DNA from: Vicugna vicugna
Lineage: Eukaryota
Length of the DNA: 64,000 bases
Direction of reading: 5' to 3'
Assembly (NCBI GenBank): GCA_013265495.1
Contig: MU058423.1
Location: 7,363,449 to 7,427,448, forward strand
Shown: piece after piece, positions 1-12,550 of the stretch
Position numbering within the stretch: the first letter of the stretch is position 1
Layout: every line of letters starts with the position of its first letter
Program-made: the position numbers and the translations under genes
Notes under the pieces: model-generated
Told to the model about the DNA's origin: nothing
The model's input: the letters and a program-made list of their open reading frames with translations, nothing else
Databases searched by the model: none

Positions 1-754
1 GAAGAGTTTAAATGGCTTTTCCTAGATGCTTCAGCCAGAATTTCAATGTAAGAACAGAATCTATGATTACCTTTTCCTGCAGCTTCTCTATTTTCCTGGT
101 ATTCTTTCTATTTGGCATATGGGGCATGTTCGGGATGGAGAAGAACTTTAACAAATAGATGTTAACTGATTTACTGAAGGATGCTTTTGGTATTTCTCCT
201 TCATTGATATTATTTTTCTATTAACAGATATGAGAAAATCTATAATATTATTTGAAAAGAAATGTGTAATAAAGTTTTATTGAAGCACTTGATCAGGTGA
301 TGGGTTATAAAGCAAGCTTTTGATCTCAGGGTCATATGTTTTGGATTCAGATACACGCTAGAAATTCATTTAGGCTTCAAAAAGTTACCACTTGGTTTAT
401 TTTTATTGCCCAAGTAATAACATATTTCATATAGAAAATAAGCAGAACATATATATTAATTGATAAAAATTATTTTTGTTCTAACACAAAGAAAACAGAT
501 ATTTACAAATTGAAATCTAATCAGTGAGATTAAGTCAAGCCTTTGGTTTGGGAACTTTGTTTTTTATCCCAAGTAACATTTTATCCTGTGTCAAAAATGC
601 ATTTGTATCATACTTTTTAATGCTGTTACACTATTATATTGATCAAGAGGACTGTAATTTGTTTAACTAGTTCTTCTCATTAATTTATGTTGTTTAAAAT
701 TATTTGTTGTCATAAAAATATTCTGTAATACACATGAATTATAAACATTTCAGC

Positions 755-1002
755 CCCAAATCCATAATGTAAATGTAATCATAAGGCAACATCAGACAGA
801 CCCAAACTAAAGAATCTATAAAATAACTATAAAATAACTGACCTGAATTCTTCAGAAATGTCAATATAAGCAAAGGTCAGGATAAGTTTAGGAAAGATCC
901 CATAATTCAGGAAATTAAAGATATATGATAACTAATTCCAATGCATGATTTTAGATTGCATTCTGGAGTGAGAAGAAATAGCTATAAAAGGCATTATTGG
1001 AA
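755..1002 (+). mobile_element. Old L1 (L1MC-type) 3' UTR fragment
   Basis: Resembles L1MC 3' UTR motifs (aatcataag..catcagacagacccaaa..., attggattctgga..gaaaa..ggcattattgg); boundaries approximate. Confidence 0.55.
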
Positions 1003-1004
1003 TG

Positions 1005-1165
1005 TGTATTAGTTCTCCATTGCTACATAACAAATAAGCCCCAAATCTGGCAGCTTAAAAGAGTGAAATGAACATTTATTATCTCACCATTTCTCTGGGT
1101 CAAGAATTTGAGAGGAATTTAGGCTAGGTAGTTACCATTCAAGAGCTCTCATGACCTTGTAGTTG
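1005..1165 (-). mobile_element. MLT1 (MaLR) LTR fragment
   Basis: Starts tgtattagttctccattgctacataacaaat...cagcttaaaa...catttattatctcac, the typical reverse-complemented MLT1 LTR 3' end. Confidence 0.7.
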
Positions 1166-2670
1166 CTACTTAGTTGTAATTGTTTCTAGATCTTCTAAGC
1201 AGAGGGATCTAGAATATATGTACGTATACTAACTAAACACATATACCTGTAATTGTTTCTGTATCTATCCATCTATATGTTTACATTAAGCTAAACATGA
1301 GTACATACTGATGTCTAACTCTAATTCAGTTCCAAAATTACTAGGTCAATCTACCCCCTTCAATGCAAATATATTATATATTTATAATGCTGTTGGATTC
1401 ATCTTACACAGTTTGCATGCCATCTTGGCTTCCTTCAACATCCTGGTTGGATTTTGTATTTTAATTTTACATATATTTAAGTTTACTCTGTGTGATGAGC
1501 CTGTTCCATTGGTTTTGACCACCCCAGTATCATACAGAAGAAATCTAGCACCTTAAAATTTCCCCAGTACATTTCTACTGTAGTGAAGCACTCCACCCCT
1601 TGCCAACTCCTTGCAAACTCTGACCTCTTTTCTACTCTTAGAGCTTTGCCTTTTCTGGAATGTCACTTGAATGAAATCATGTAGCCTTTCGAGTCTGGTT
1701 CTTTCACTTAGCAGAATCACTTTGAGATTCATACATGAAGTTTCACAAGTCAATAGCTTTGTTCCTTTGTATCACAGAGTAGTATTCCACTCTATGGATG
1801 GATCACAGTTTATCCATCCCCCCAGCTGGAGAGTATTTGAATTGTTTCCAGGTTTTGGCAATTATAAATAGGTTACTATAAACATTCCTGTACAGGTTTG
1901 TGTGTGAACATAAGTATGCAATTCACTTGAATGAACTCCTAGGAATACTTTTGTTGGGCCATAGGGTAAGTCTATGTTTAATTTATAACAAATTCCCAAT
2001 TGTCTTTCAGTTTGTCAGTGGTACCACTGACATTCCCACCAGTAATGAATGAGTTTCTGTTGTTCACATCATTGGTAGCATTTGTTATTGTCAGTTTTTT
2101 TTTTTGACATTTTTAGAAGTTGTATAGTGGAATCTCACTGCAGCTTTAATTTGCTTTTCCCTAATGACAAATGATGTTAAGCATCATTTCTTGAGTTGAT
2201 TTGCCATCTATGTATCTCCCTTGGGGAAGTGTCTATTCAGATCTGTAATTTATTTTAATTTTTTAAAATCTGTTTTCTGACTGTTGAGTTTTATAAGATG
2301 ATTATATATTTTCTATATAAGTTTTTAAATCAGTTATGTTATTTGTAAATATTTCCTCTGAGTCTGTGTTTTTTTTTTCTCAAAGAGTAAAACACTTTAA
2401 TTTTGACAAAAGGCTAGTTTACCGTTTTTTCTCTTTCATAGATTGTGGTTTCAGTTTGTAGCTAAAAACCCAATGTTATGTATATGCTCTTCTATATTTT
2501 CTTCTTTAAGTTTTACATTGTTATGTTTTACATTTAAATCTATGATTCATTCTGAATTAGTTTTGTCCAAGATACGAGTTATGTTTTTCTGTTCTTTTTT
2601 TTTTAACATATGCTTGTCCAGTGATCCAGCACCATTTGTGAAAAGGCAATCCTTTCTCAATTAATTTGCT
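1166..2670 (-). mobile_element. Old L1 (L1MC/L1MD-type) ORF2 end plus 3' UTR
   Basis: Antisense L1 hallmarks: cattcccaccagtaatgaatgag, ttaatttgcttttccctaatgacaaatgatgttaagcatc, ccagcaccatttgtgaaaag. Confidence 0.85.
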
Positions 2671-2739
2671 AAAGGTATATTGTTAATTACTGTAACGGAG
2701 ATCTGGAAGCAGAAAAAAATCTGAGATTTGATGATATAC

Positions 2740-3620
2740 ATATTAGTTTCCTAGGGTTTCCATAGCCAATTACCATAAACTGAATTTCTTAAAGCAACAG
2801 AAATTTATTATCAGAGTTGTCCAGGTCAGAATCCAAAATCTGCATGTCGGTAGGGTTGGTTCCTTCTAGAGCCTCTGAGAAAGACTTTGTCCCATGCCGC
2901 TCTCCTGGCTTCTGGTAGCTGCCAGTAATCCTTGGCATTCCTTGTCTTACTGATGCATCACTCCAGTCTCTGCTCTATCTTCACGTTGCCTTCTCCTCTC
3001 TGTGATCTCCCCTTTTCTTTTCTTATAGGGATCCTTGTGGTTAAACTTAGGACTCAATCATTTTTTTTTGAGTGAGTTAACATGTATTAAAAATTACTGA
3101 TTGCAATATACAACATGTTCAAGGTCTAGAAGTTTGTTTATTCCTAATGGGTGGGCTGAGTAAGCCAGAGGGCACTCTGGGAGCTGGAGCAGGTGGTGGG
3201 AGTTGCCTGTGAATAACAGGATTAAGGGGTTGAGGAGGAAAGGAACAGAATGGAAACTGACATGCTGCAGACAGCTGTCTCAGAACACGCTGGTGATGCC
3301 TGGAACTCTCCCTGGCTTGAGGCTGCAGCGATCGGATGTGTGTTCACAAAGCTCTCAAACCCGCTCTGATCAGCAGGAGCACAGAAGCACCTTCACTTGC
3401 TCTTCCCAACTTCTGGAAGCGGGAGGCAAGCCCCTGCACTGTCTCTTATCAGCCCAGAGCCTCAGTTGGAGGCCATCTCCAGAATCGGGCGGGTCCGTGT
3501 TCTCAGTGCAAGCTGGGCCTTTCTACGGCAGGGTTCATTCAACTAGGGCTCAATCTAATGCGAGGTGACATCATTTTGAGATTCTTAGCTTTTGAGATTC
3601 TTAACTTAATCTGTACAAAA
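2740..3620 (-). mobile_element. MLT1C/D-like LTR interrupted by a retrocopy at 3061-3540
   Basis: attagtttcctaggg...aaagcaacagaaatttatt...cttggcattccttg...tcttataggga; the LTR resumes after the insert (ctcaatctaatgcgaggtgacatcattttgagattcttaacttaat). Confidence 0.85.
3061..3540 (-). pseudogene. Putative processed retrocopy of an mRNA 3' end (parent gene not recognised)
   Basis: T9 at 3061-3069; minus-strand AATACA (3083-3088) and AATAAA (3137-3142); imperfect TSD aacttaggactcaatc (3044-3059) / aactagggctcaatc (3541-3555); GC-richer than the flanks; interrupts an MLT1 LTR. Confidence 0.75.
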
Positions 3621-5349
3621 TGAGAATTTTGAATATCAAAGGAAAATATTCTGTATTTTGTGACCACAAGTTAAAATGAATTGGATTTATAAAGACATTT
3701 ATTTAAAAAGAAAATGATCAGTATTTTGGAAAGATGACAGAGCAATGGGTAGGTTTTACGATATTCCAAATTTATACACAGAATCAGACAGAGTAAGTAT
3801 AATAAAAATTTTAAAAAATCACTGACAACACAAAGTAAGTGACAGGTAATTTCATGAACTCCAAAACATGAGCAAGTAAAGAAACCACCCACCTTTAACC
3901 GACTATGAAGACTCAAACCTGTGTGAAGCAAAGACAACAGGGCTTCTTATGGTTTTAAGAATGAGAGAAACCTCCAACTTCCCAAAAGAACTCACTGGAA
4001 AGCGCAGTAAGGCTCATCTGATAGCAAATAAAGTTGAGAGTGAGTATTAATCCAGCTAGAGAAGAACAAAAAGCACATGGTTGGAGCAAATGTCACTGGA
4101 GCAGGATGAACCCTATGAATCTTCTGTCATGCTGCTTTATTCTCCACATTAGACCGTCTTCTCTTTACCCGTGGTCATCAGATTTCAAGCAATGTACAAG
4201 GACATCACAGGCAAACATAATCCACAAAATTCCTTACTCAAAAAATTATGCAACTCTGCAGACTTACCCAGAATTAATGAATCCCATTTCAGGCATGAAC
4301 ACAGGGTGAAAACCTAATCTTAATTGTACCAGGAAGAGCTTCAAGACACAATCAAGTTGAGCAAGTAGAAAAACTCTGTACATCACAAGCAGAAAATGTT
4401 TAGCTAATGATATAGCCCAATTTCTGCTCCCAGTTCATTCCTGGATATCTTACAACGCACAGGTGACTCTTGTTTTCTCATCCCACTTATCTTTCCAAAA
4501 ATTAGCTTCTAATAGCCTCTCACAAGCAGCTTAGCTCTCAGTCTATTAAACTATCTAACCTTCTCTCTGCTCTTTTAGCAGGCACTTAATTAATTCTTAG
4601 AAAACCCTTAAATGGTCCTGGGCATGGCCGTAAGGCAAGAGGAAGAGTAAAGTGGAGAAGGTATATTGCATATGCTAACACAAAGAAGAATTATAAGTGG
4701 AGTATAATCCTAGATGCTAGAGGAGACAGTGTCTGACTTTCCTAATAAGAAGGCAAGAATGAATTAAAGATTTGGTTGTAAGGTTGATAGAAGCAGAGAA
4801 GTGTTGAGGAATGGAAAGGAATGGACTAAAGGATATTTACTTGGGGAATGAAGATGAATGGACTAAAGGGTACTTAAAAGAAATGTAGAATAGAATTGAG
4901 GGTGCAGTGGAAGCTAAGTAATGTAAATGTTTAGGAATAAGGTTAGAAAAATCACTGTGCTCAATTAAAAGCAAGATTATTCCCTGATAATTTTTATAGT
5001 TATTTCTCACATGGTTTTGTGTTTAAGGGAAAATGATTTTGGTCCCTTAAATCAAGAGAGTTTTATTTCTCCAGAATAGCCACTATGAATAAGATCTCCT
5101 TATCCTAGGTACCAAATAGGTTTCTAGAAAGACTGATGGACAAGAAAAGAAGGAATAAAACCTCTGCAGAGCTTTTATGGTGGACCATCAACTATAGCAG
5201 CAAAGATAAATTTTGAGGCAGGTTGTCACCAATGTGAGTTACTTCACAATTTATGGAAACGCATATAGAGGAAAACATTAACAAAGTAATGAATGCGATG
5301 ACTCACCTATGAAGCTGTAAAGGGGAACAACTAGCAAATGTTTCTGTAG

Positions 5350-5942
5350 AAACGTAGGGAGGACGTGGAGCATAGCTCTTTACTCCATAGGTGTGGGGTG
5401 TGCATAGTGACTTCCTTCCAAAGAGTACCACATGAAGAGAGGGACAAAAAAGAGTAACTTTACATTAGAGAACCCTGAAAAACACCACCTCAGTCAGGTG
5501 GCCAAGGTGAGCATCAGGAGTGACAAGCAATATTAATACTATGCGGCCTTGAAAGGATGTGATGAGGACACTGTACCCTGGTCTTCCTTCCCATGACTCC
5601 AGTATATTTGTGAGGGAAACACAAAACAAATGAAAATTAAGGGGCACTTGATAAAATACTCCTCAAAACTGCCAAGGTCATAAAAAGCAAAGGAATGGTA
5701 TCCTGAATGAGATCCTGGAACAGAAAAAGAGCATCGAGTAAAAACTAAGGAAATCTGAATAAAGTATGAACTTCAGTTAATAATAATGTGTTAATTTTGG
5801 TTCATTAACTGTGACAAATGTGCCATAGGATTGTAGGATGCTAATAGGAAAATCTGGGTGAGAGTATACAAGAACTCTGTATTATCTGCTTAATTTTTCT
5901 ATAAATTCAAACTGTTCTAAAAGAAAAAAAATACTAAAAAAA
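5350..5942 (+). mobile_element. L1MC3/4-type 3' end
   Basis: gtgacttccttccaaagagta..., gagatcctggaacagaaaaag...aaaactaaggaaatctgaataaagtatg..., ends in an A-rich tail. Confidence 0.85.
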
Positions 5943-6040
5943 GGGAAATGTGGATTGCTTGTGCTTTCTCACATTATTTCTGAGTTTTCAATTCTTGATT
6001 TAAATAAGTTCTGGAGGTTCTTTAAGAGCAGTTTTGGAGT

Positions 6041-6305
6041 ATTATTTTTTTAGAGCAGTTTTAGGTTCACAGCAAAACTGAGACGATTTCCCATATACTC
6101 CATGCCCCTACTCATGCATGGTCTACCCCATTATCGATACCCCACCAGGGTGGGATTCTTGCTATGATCGATGAACCCACATCAACATACCATTATCATC
6201 CAAAGTCTATAGTTTACTTTAGAATTCACTGTTGGGTTTGAACAAATTTATGCTGACCTGTGTCCACAATTACAGTATCATATGGGGTAGTTTCATAGCC
6301 CTACA
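6041..6305 (-). mobile_element. L1MC1/2-type 3' end
   Basis: ttttttagagcagttttaggttcacagcaaaa...gatttcccatatactcc...atccaaagtctatagtttac. Confidence 0.8.
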
Positions 6306-6399
6306 TTTCTGATTTTTTTAAAACTAAAATTATATTGAAAGTAATACTCATTGTTTTCAAAGTAATGCTTGTATAATATTAAAAGATAAATGGTATGCA

Positions 6400-6780
6400 A
6401 GATTTACAAGACTCTGTTCAACTTGACTTTCAACATGGACAGGCATGTCAAGGAATCTGTCAGTTCCCCATCCCCTTGGAGACTCCCTTCATAGCATCTC
6501 TGTTCTCCGATCTGAACATACTGTTCTCTAGGCTGCTGCATGGCTCTCACTCTGGAATATTTCTTCAGTATTATTCTGGGATGCCTTCTGACTTCTGTCC
6601 TTTGTTGAATTATATGTTTCCGCAATTCTATGTCTTCTTTGTTGGCCTGCTCCATTCTTTTTCTTCTGGGATCCATGATCCAATATATTTCCAGGAAAGA
6701 ATTACATGGGAGGTGAACTTTGGGATACTGCATCTGTGAAAATGCCCCTGTTTTACCCTTGTTCTTATTGGTAATCACTC
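6400..6780 (-). mobile_element. HAL1-like (L1-derived) fragment
   Basis: Reverse strand acctcccatg...gaagacatag...cccagaataatactgaag...tgcagcagcctagagaaca..cagatcggag resembles the HAL1 3' region; explains ORF 6404..6778. Confidence 0.6.
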
Positions 6781-7844
6781 TTTTCTCACAATATTAAGAA
6801 ATGGAAGTTTTATTCTCTGGAGAAATGGAGCCAGCGAGGTTTTGGATTTTCAACAGCAGGTCTGTTGAAAAGTGCAGGTAATGAAAGAAATTTTACATTC
6901 TCAAAAATGGGACTTCAAGCACTTGTCCCTCATGAGCTCCAAGAATGCCAGATGGGATTCTGCAACCAAACTGGCTTTCTTCTCAGCATCTCCATCTGCA
7001 TGTGATTAGGTTTTAGTTTCCTTTCTACATTTTGCCTTTGTTGTGCTTTGCGCCATGCAACTTTATGCCATTTTGAAAAGTTGTCTTAATCTCAATGAGA
7101 TTTCAGGAGACATGTTCAAAAACTCAAATTTAAATTAGACAGTTTTATATTTTAAGCCAACAGAAGTCAAACAAAAAGGCTTACATCATTGGTGTCACAT
7201 TTATTTATCTTACACTAGACATAAATATAAAGGAAAGTGAAAAACAGAAATGGAGCTTTAGAAAAAAATCATGGGGAATACACCGAAAAAGAGCAGGTGG
7301 TCCTAAATCAAACACTCTTGTCCCATTTTTTCTACTGTAATCCCTTTCAGAATATTCTTCTCTCTGTCTATTCCACACCCCCACCCCCCATTTTTAGTTC
7401 TCCTTCATCCAATGTTTCTTTAATTTTAATAAACTGATGTTTCTGAGCCTACAAGAGAATGTTCCAGGTGTCTCACAGAATCACCTCTGTGATAAACACT
7501 GAACTTCTTGCAGGGGCATAAAATTTACTGCAATTTACTAGGGAAAGAAGACCACTGTAATAAAACAAACATACACTACATAACAAAATTAAAATCTTAC
7601 TTCTGTTTTCTGCTATTTTACACAAAACCTTCAAAAGATTTTTATGACTCTCCATGTTCCTAGACTCTCTGGGCATATGAATTCTCACTTCTCTGCCCTC
7701 AGGCACTTGAAGAGAGCATTTTGAGAAACTGCCAGAGAAGCTAAAATGGTTGTTAGAAGAGGGTCTTCCCAGGAGTTGCAAAATCTTTCATTGCAAATAA
7801 TAACCTCCGAGGAAAATCACTTTCCTTAAAACGTTAAAGTTTAT

Positions 7845-8590
7845 GTCATTTATTTCATAGCCAATATGAATTCAACAAATACTTATGAAGAATCTACCCT
7901 GAAGCAGGTCAAGTTCTAAACACTGCTGAGTAAAGAAAACATTGAAAAAATTTGCTACTATATTCAAGCTTACATTCCAGTGAAAACAGCCACCATATTT
8001 TGAGCAATTATTGTAGACTTTACACATAGTCTATCATTTAACTCATTCAATAACCCAATGAGTTAAAGCTTTCCACATGTATCTTCAACATCAATGTCTT
8101 TATATCAGCAAAGATATACTGTAAGTAGTCTAATACAATTTTATAAAATAATTTATTCAACAAATAACCCTTTGAGAAACTACTGTGTGACAAAACATCT
8201 GAACAGCAACAAATCCTGTCTTCAATCAGATTCCACTCTAGGTGTGAAAACTGACAAATTACAGGACAAATAGATAAAATATATAGTATGATAGATGCAG
8301 ATGCTTCAGACATGGTTAGAAAGGAGATGGGGAAATTGGAGATGGAGGTTCTATCTAGCTGGTTGAGTAAGGCCTCGGTGAGAAAGGGATATTTAGTAAA
8401 GACCTGGAATGGTGGGAATAAGCCATTTATAGATCTGTGGAAAGAATAATGTGGACAGAGGCTTAGCAAATGCAAATACTCTGAGGCAGGAACATGCTTT
8501 ATGTGTTCTTAGAGTGGGAAGAAGGTCAGTGTAGTTGTAACAAAGTGAATTAATGAGAGGCTAGTATGCGTTTAAGTAAGAAATACAATA
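7845..8590 (-). mobile_element. L2 3' fragments with an interspersed MIR piece (~7990-8070)
   Basis: attcaacaaatacttatga / ttattcaacaaata L2 tail motifs; gaggcttagcaaatgcaaatactctgaggcaggaacatgc. Confidence 0.7.
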
Positions 8591-8592
8591 GG

Positions 8593-8989
8593 GTGTCTTG
8601 GTTTCCTAGGGCTACTGTAGGAAGTACCACAAATTTAGTGGCTTAAAGCAACAAAAATGTATAGTCTTATAGTTCTGGAAGCTAGAAATCCTTCCCTGGA
8701 GCTTTCCTTGTCTCTCAGTATCTTCTGGTCTTTGCCAGCCACTTTTGGCATTCTTTAGTTTATGGCATCATAACTCCAATCTCTGCCTCCATCTTCATGT
8801 GTCTTCCCTCTGTGTGTGTTTTATCTTCTTATAGGGACACCAGTCATGGGTAGGGCCCGCCATAATCCAGTATGACCTGTTCTTAACTGCTTATATCTGC
8901 AAAGACCCTATCTCCAAATAAGGTCACATTCACAGGTAGAGGGGTAACTTGAACATATTTTCTGGAGAGAAGCAATTCAATCCACAATA
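8593..8989 (-). mobile_element. MLT1B/C-like LTR
   Basis: gtcttggtttcctagggctactgta...cttatagggacaccagtcat...atctgcaaagaccctatctccaaataaggtcacattcacagg...attcaatccacaata. Confidence 0.85.
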
Positions 8990-10330
8990 GTCACATTCCA
9001 TGCTTCTATGTGGGCATGACTTTTAGGGAGATAATATTCAACCCACAACAGTTCACTGTCTGAGCTCCAATAATTTACATCCATTATATGTGAAAATTGT
9101 ATTCATCTCATCCCAAAACTTCTAAAAGTCTTAGCCTATTTCACCATCAAACATCAAGTCCAAATCTAAATGTCAACTCAAAAGAGTCTCAAATCTCATC
9201 ATCTAAATCAAGTATGGGTGAGATCCTGGGTATGGTCCATCTTGGGGCAAACTTCTACTCCACCCACACACTTGTGAAATCAAAAAACACATATCTTCTT
9301 TCAAAATACAGTGGCAGAGCAAACATAGGTTAGACATTCCCATTCCAAAAGGAAGAAAATGGAAGGAATTTTAAAGGGGTACTAGTCTAAAGCAGATTCA
9401 CAATTAATCAGGGCAATTCCATGAGGTTTCAAGGCTTGAGGGTAACCCTCTGTGCTCAGTGATCTGTTCTTTCTACCCTCCAGGGAAACAACCCCAACCT
9501 TTCTGGCCTCTGTCTTTGTAGCTTTCCTCTTAGATTCATTCTTCCTTCATTTCTTCCTCTCTGTCTGTCCGTCTCAGTCCAGGCTGTCGGTGTTTTTGCA
9601 GGTAAATAGAAACCTTAAAAACAAACAAACAGACAAAAAATCCCCCAAACCTGTTGCTCTTCCATGAATATTAAGGTAACACATGATTCAACATGAAGAT
9701 TTTCCACTGGTCCTGCTGGGTAACCCCATCTCTCTTCCTGGCTTCTACTGAGATGGTTGATTAGGTCCATGAGTCACTCATCCAGTCTCTTTACCAAAAG
9801 GTTGCCCAGCCATACTCTTGGCTCTGTCTCCAGAGCATGCCAGCTGGACAGGTTGAGAATTTTCCAAATTATCATGTGCTGGTTTATTTTTGCTTGGCAG
9901 TTCTTTTCCAAATTTATCTCCTTTTTCTCATATTTTCCTATAAACAGCAAGAAGGAACCAGATTTCATCTTGGATATTTGCTTGGATAGCTCCTTAGCTA
10001 AACATCCAAGTTTCTTGTTTGTCAGTTCTATTTTCCACTCAATGGTAGAACATAATTCAACCAAGTTTTCTACGACTGTATAACAATGATCACTTTTCCT
10101 CCAGAATCCAATAACACGTTCTTCATTTTAATTTGAGACTTAGCCAGAAATACCCTTAATGCCCATTTTTCTACTAATAATATCTTCAAGGCAGATAGGC
10201 TTTCTCTAGCACATGCTTTGAAACTCCTCCAGCTTCTAATCAGTATCCTGTTCCAAAGCCAATTCCACATTTTTAGGTATTTGTTACAACCACACTCCAC
10301 CTGTAGGTACTGACATCTGTATTAGCATCC
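8990..10330 (-). mobile_element. MLT1 element: LTR remnant (8990-9050), MLT-int (9051-10317) and the first 13 bp of the next LTR
   Basis: MaLR internal motifs (catctaaatcaagtatgggtgag, gacattcccattccaaaagg, ttccacatttttaggtatttg, ggtactgacatc|tgtattag); ORFs 9774..10064 and 10070..10300 (-) resemble the decayed MaLR gag-like ORF (KKLGCLAKELSKQ). Confidence 0.85.
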
Positions 10331-10748
10331 TGTTGGAGGTGAGGTAATCAAGAGAACCTGACTGCCAGCTGACCCGTAAGTTGGACCTTGGTAATTGGAG
10401 GCACCTCACCCTCTCCGCTTTTTCGGATTGAATGTTCTGCTCACCATTCCCACAGCAGGAGCAGTGTCCAGAGCAATGTCCAAGGACATAGCCTTGGTAG
10501 AGTAAGGGGTTATTGAGACCATCTGGACAGCATACATGACTAAGCCCACTTATACAAACTTTTACAAGTCTTTGGGTGGAAGCAGTGGGTGGGTGCAGAG
10601 CTCTGTTGCCCTGTGACCACCCAGCACAATATTCATATGAAGTTCCCCACCTAAGAGTCTGGAGTGGTTTGCCTCTGTCTTAAATCTCTCCGTGCCCTCT
10701 GTGTACAGGGGCTTTGGGAAAGAGGCATCTATGGCGGAAATCCCAAGC
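10331..10748 (+). repeat. ERV 5' LTR (3' boundary approximate; PBS not confidently recognised)
   Basis: TG start; colinear similarity to 15443-15600 (cccacagc, aaggac/ccgtagccttg). Confidence 0.75.
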
Positions 10749-11279
10749 TGGTCATTGACTGGTACAGGGGCAGAGGTAGCCCATGTGTTTGTCAGATGCT
10801 TGTGGAGCACTACGTGAGTATGGGTACACCCTGAAAACACCAGCTGGTCTGATGCACTCGTCTGAGGAACTTCACACAGTGCACTGGGGCAAAGAAAAAA
10901 ATGGCTGTCCCTGTGGGCTGGTTTCTACTGAGGGAAGGTCACTGGCCATCCATACCCACCCAACTAGAGGCTGAAGCTCTGGTTAGAAAGTTGGAAGAGC
11001 TGCGGTTAGAGAAGAACATACGGTTGGTTGTCCACTACTCCGCTAGCTTCAGGGCTGGCAGACAAGGCGGGAGAGCAGAATAATAAGTTGGAGAACATAG
11101 TGTGTCATTCTGCAAAGCTAGGAGGGCACTAGCTGCCTTGAATTAAGGTCTGAGTGCGTGTGACAAAGCCTGATGAGGAGCTGAGAGGTAGAATCCATGG
11201 GGAAGTGGAAGTTGTTGCAGTAATTGACAGTGAAATGAACAGTGTGCTCCATGCCGTATGACTGCTAATACAAAAGAAA

Positions 11280-12550
11280 ATTTTAAGTAGTAATTACCCT
11301 AGACTTATGATTATAGAAAAATAAACCTCAAAACTTCCAGGAGAAAACTTGCAGTCATTCTCTTAAGTTATAAAACTTATCATATCCTTCAAATGTAAAC
11401 ACTGCCTATGATTGCCTGAGACTGAAAGAAAAGAAAAAAAGAAAAAAGCTTTTTAAAACACAGACTGCTATAGAAGTTCCCTTGCCCCAAATCTAGCCCC
11501 CAGCCTGCATAACATCATGAAGGTCTGAAGTTCTGGAATGAAAGATACGGGTTCTCTGTTTGTGTCTGTATGTTAATGCCTGTCAATGGATATATGTTAT
11601 GTATATGTGATGCTTTTCTACCTCTGGAGGGTATTACCAAAATTAATTTGTAAAAGAGCTCTATTTTATTGGCTTAAAGAAAAAGAATCAATAGTGTACT
11701 TATGTAAAACTAAAACTTAAGTTTCTTTCATCTGCTACGACGAAGTTTTCTAGGACCATCATCTATTCTTGATAAGAATGTGAAAGGTTTTTTTCTTTAC
11801 CTTTAAATAATCTTCCCAGAAAACAAAGATATGTGTTTTATCAAAATAATTTCCTGTGTTTCAGGTTCTCTTTATCAGGTCTTTGATTACTTAAGAAACT
11901 GAGTCTTCTTTATTAAAAGAGAAAGTTTTTTTTAACAACTATGTAACTTTCTGTATTTGTCTTTGAAGTTTTTAATTGCCACTTGGTTAAATAGACAGTT
12001 AAGCATTATTTCACAGTGACCTCTGATCCTACTTAATCAAGCGTTTTAAATCTTTTGATATTTTTGACAAACTTCTCCCAAATCAAATTTTAAATGAATG
12101 CTTGTTGACCTTGAATGAACTTTGGGATTTTCCAGGACCTCTGGGACACCTCAAAAGATATGTTTTATCTTCTAATAAAAGAGAAATATTAAACTAACTA
12201 GGCTTATTTGATATTTTAAAGTACACGGGATGCATTGTCAAATAAGAAGTGATGCTAAATTTTCTTTAGGGTATATTTGTATGAAATTCCTAAAAATCTG
12301 ATAGTCCTAATATAATGTTATCAGTCATGATTTTAAAATGTATGTCACAGAAACAACTGAACTTTCCTATCAGCTGCATTATAATGAACTCTCATCAGAT
12401 CTTTAACCATGGCCATTTTCAAGTCTTTTGTCAATTACTGACAGTTACTTTTTTTTGATGCTCTTGCAAAAGCGGTCTTGCAAAAGTGCTTCATCTTCAA
12501 GGAGATTCATGGAAAAAGACTGACAAACACAGGTTTCTGATAAGTCAGAT
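11280..12550 (+). mobile_element. MER4-group-like AT-rich ERV internal segment
   Basis: Motifs typical of MER4/MER34-type internal regions (ccaaaattaatttgtaaaagagctcta, tttttgacaaactt, aactctcatcagatctttaaccatggccattt, caaggagattcatggaaa, acaggtttctgataa); no ORF. Confidence 0.65.

Noticed and set aside
4820..4870. Short direct repeat gaatggactaaagg (and similar at 818-839 and 3574-3603)
   Set aside because: Small local slippage duplications, common and uninformative
6404..6778. 124-aa ORF as a host gene
   Set aside because: Lies within a HAL1-like repeat; no recognisable host protein or splice structure
10749..10766. tRNA primer-binding site assignment for the ERV
   Set aside because: Starts with TGG but is too degenerate for me to match to a specific tRNA
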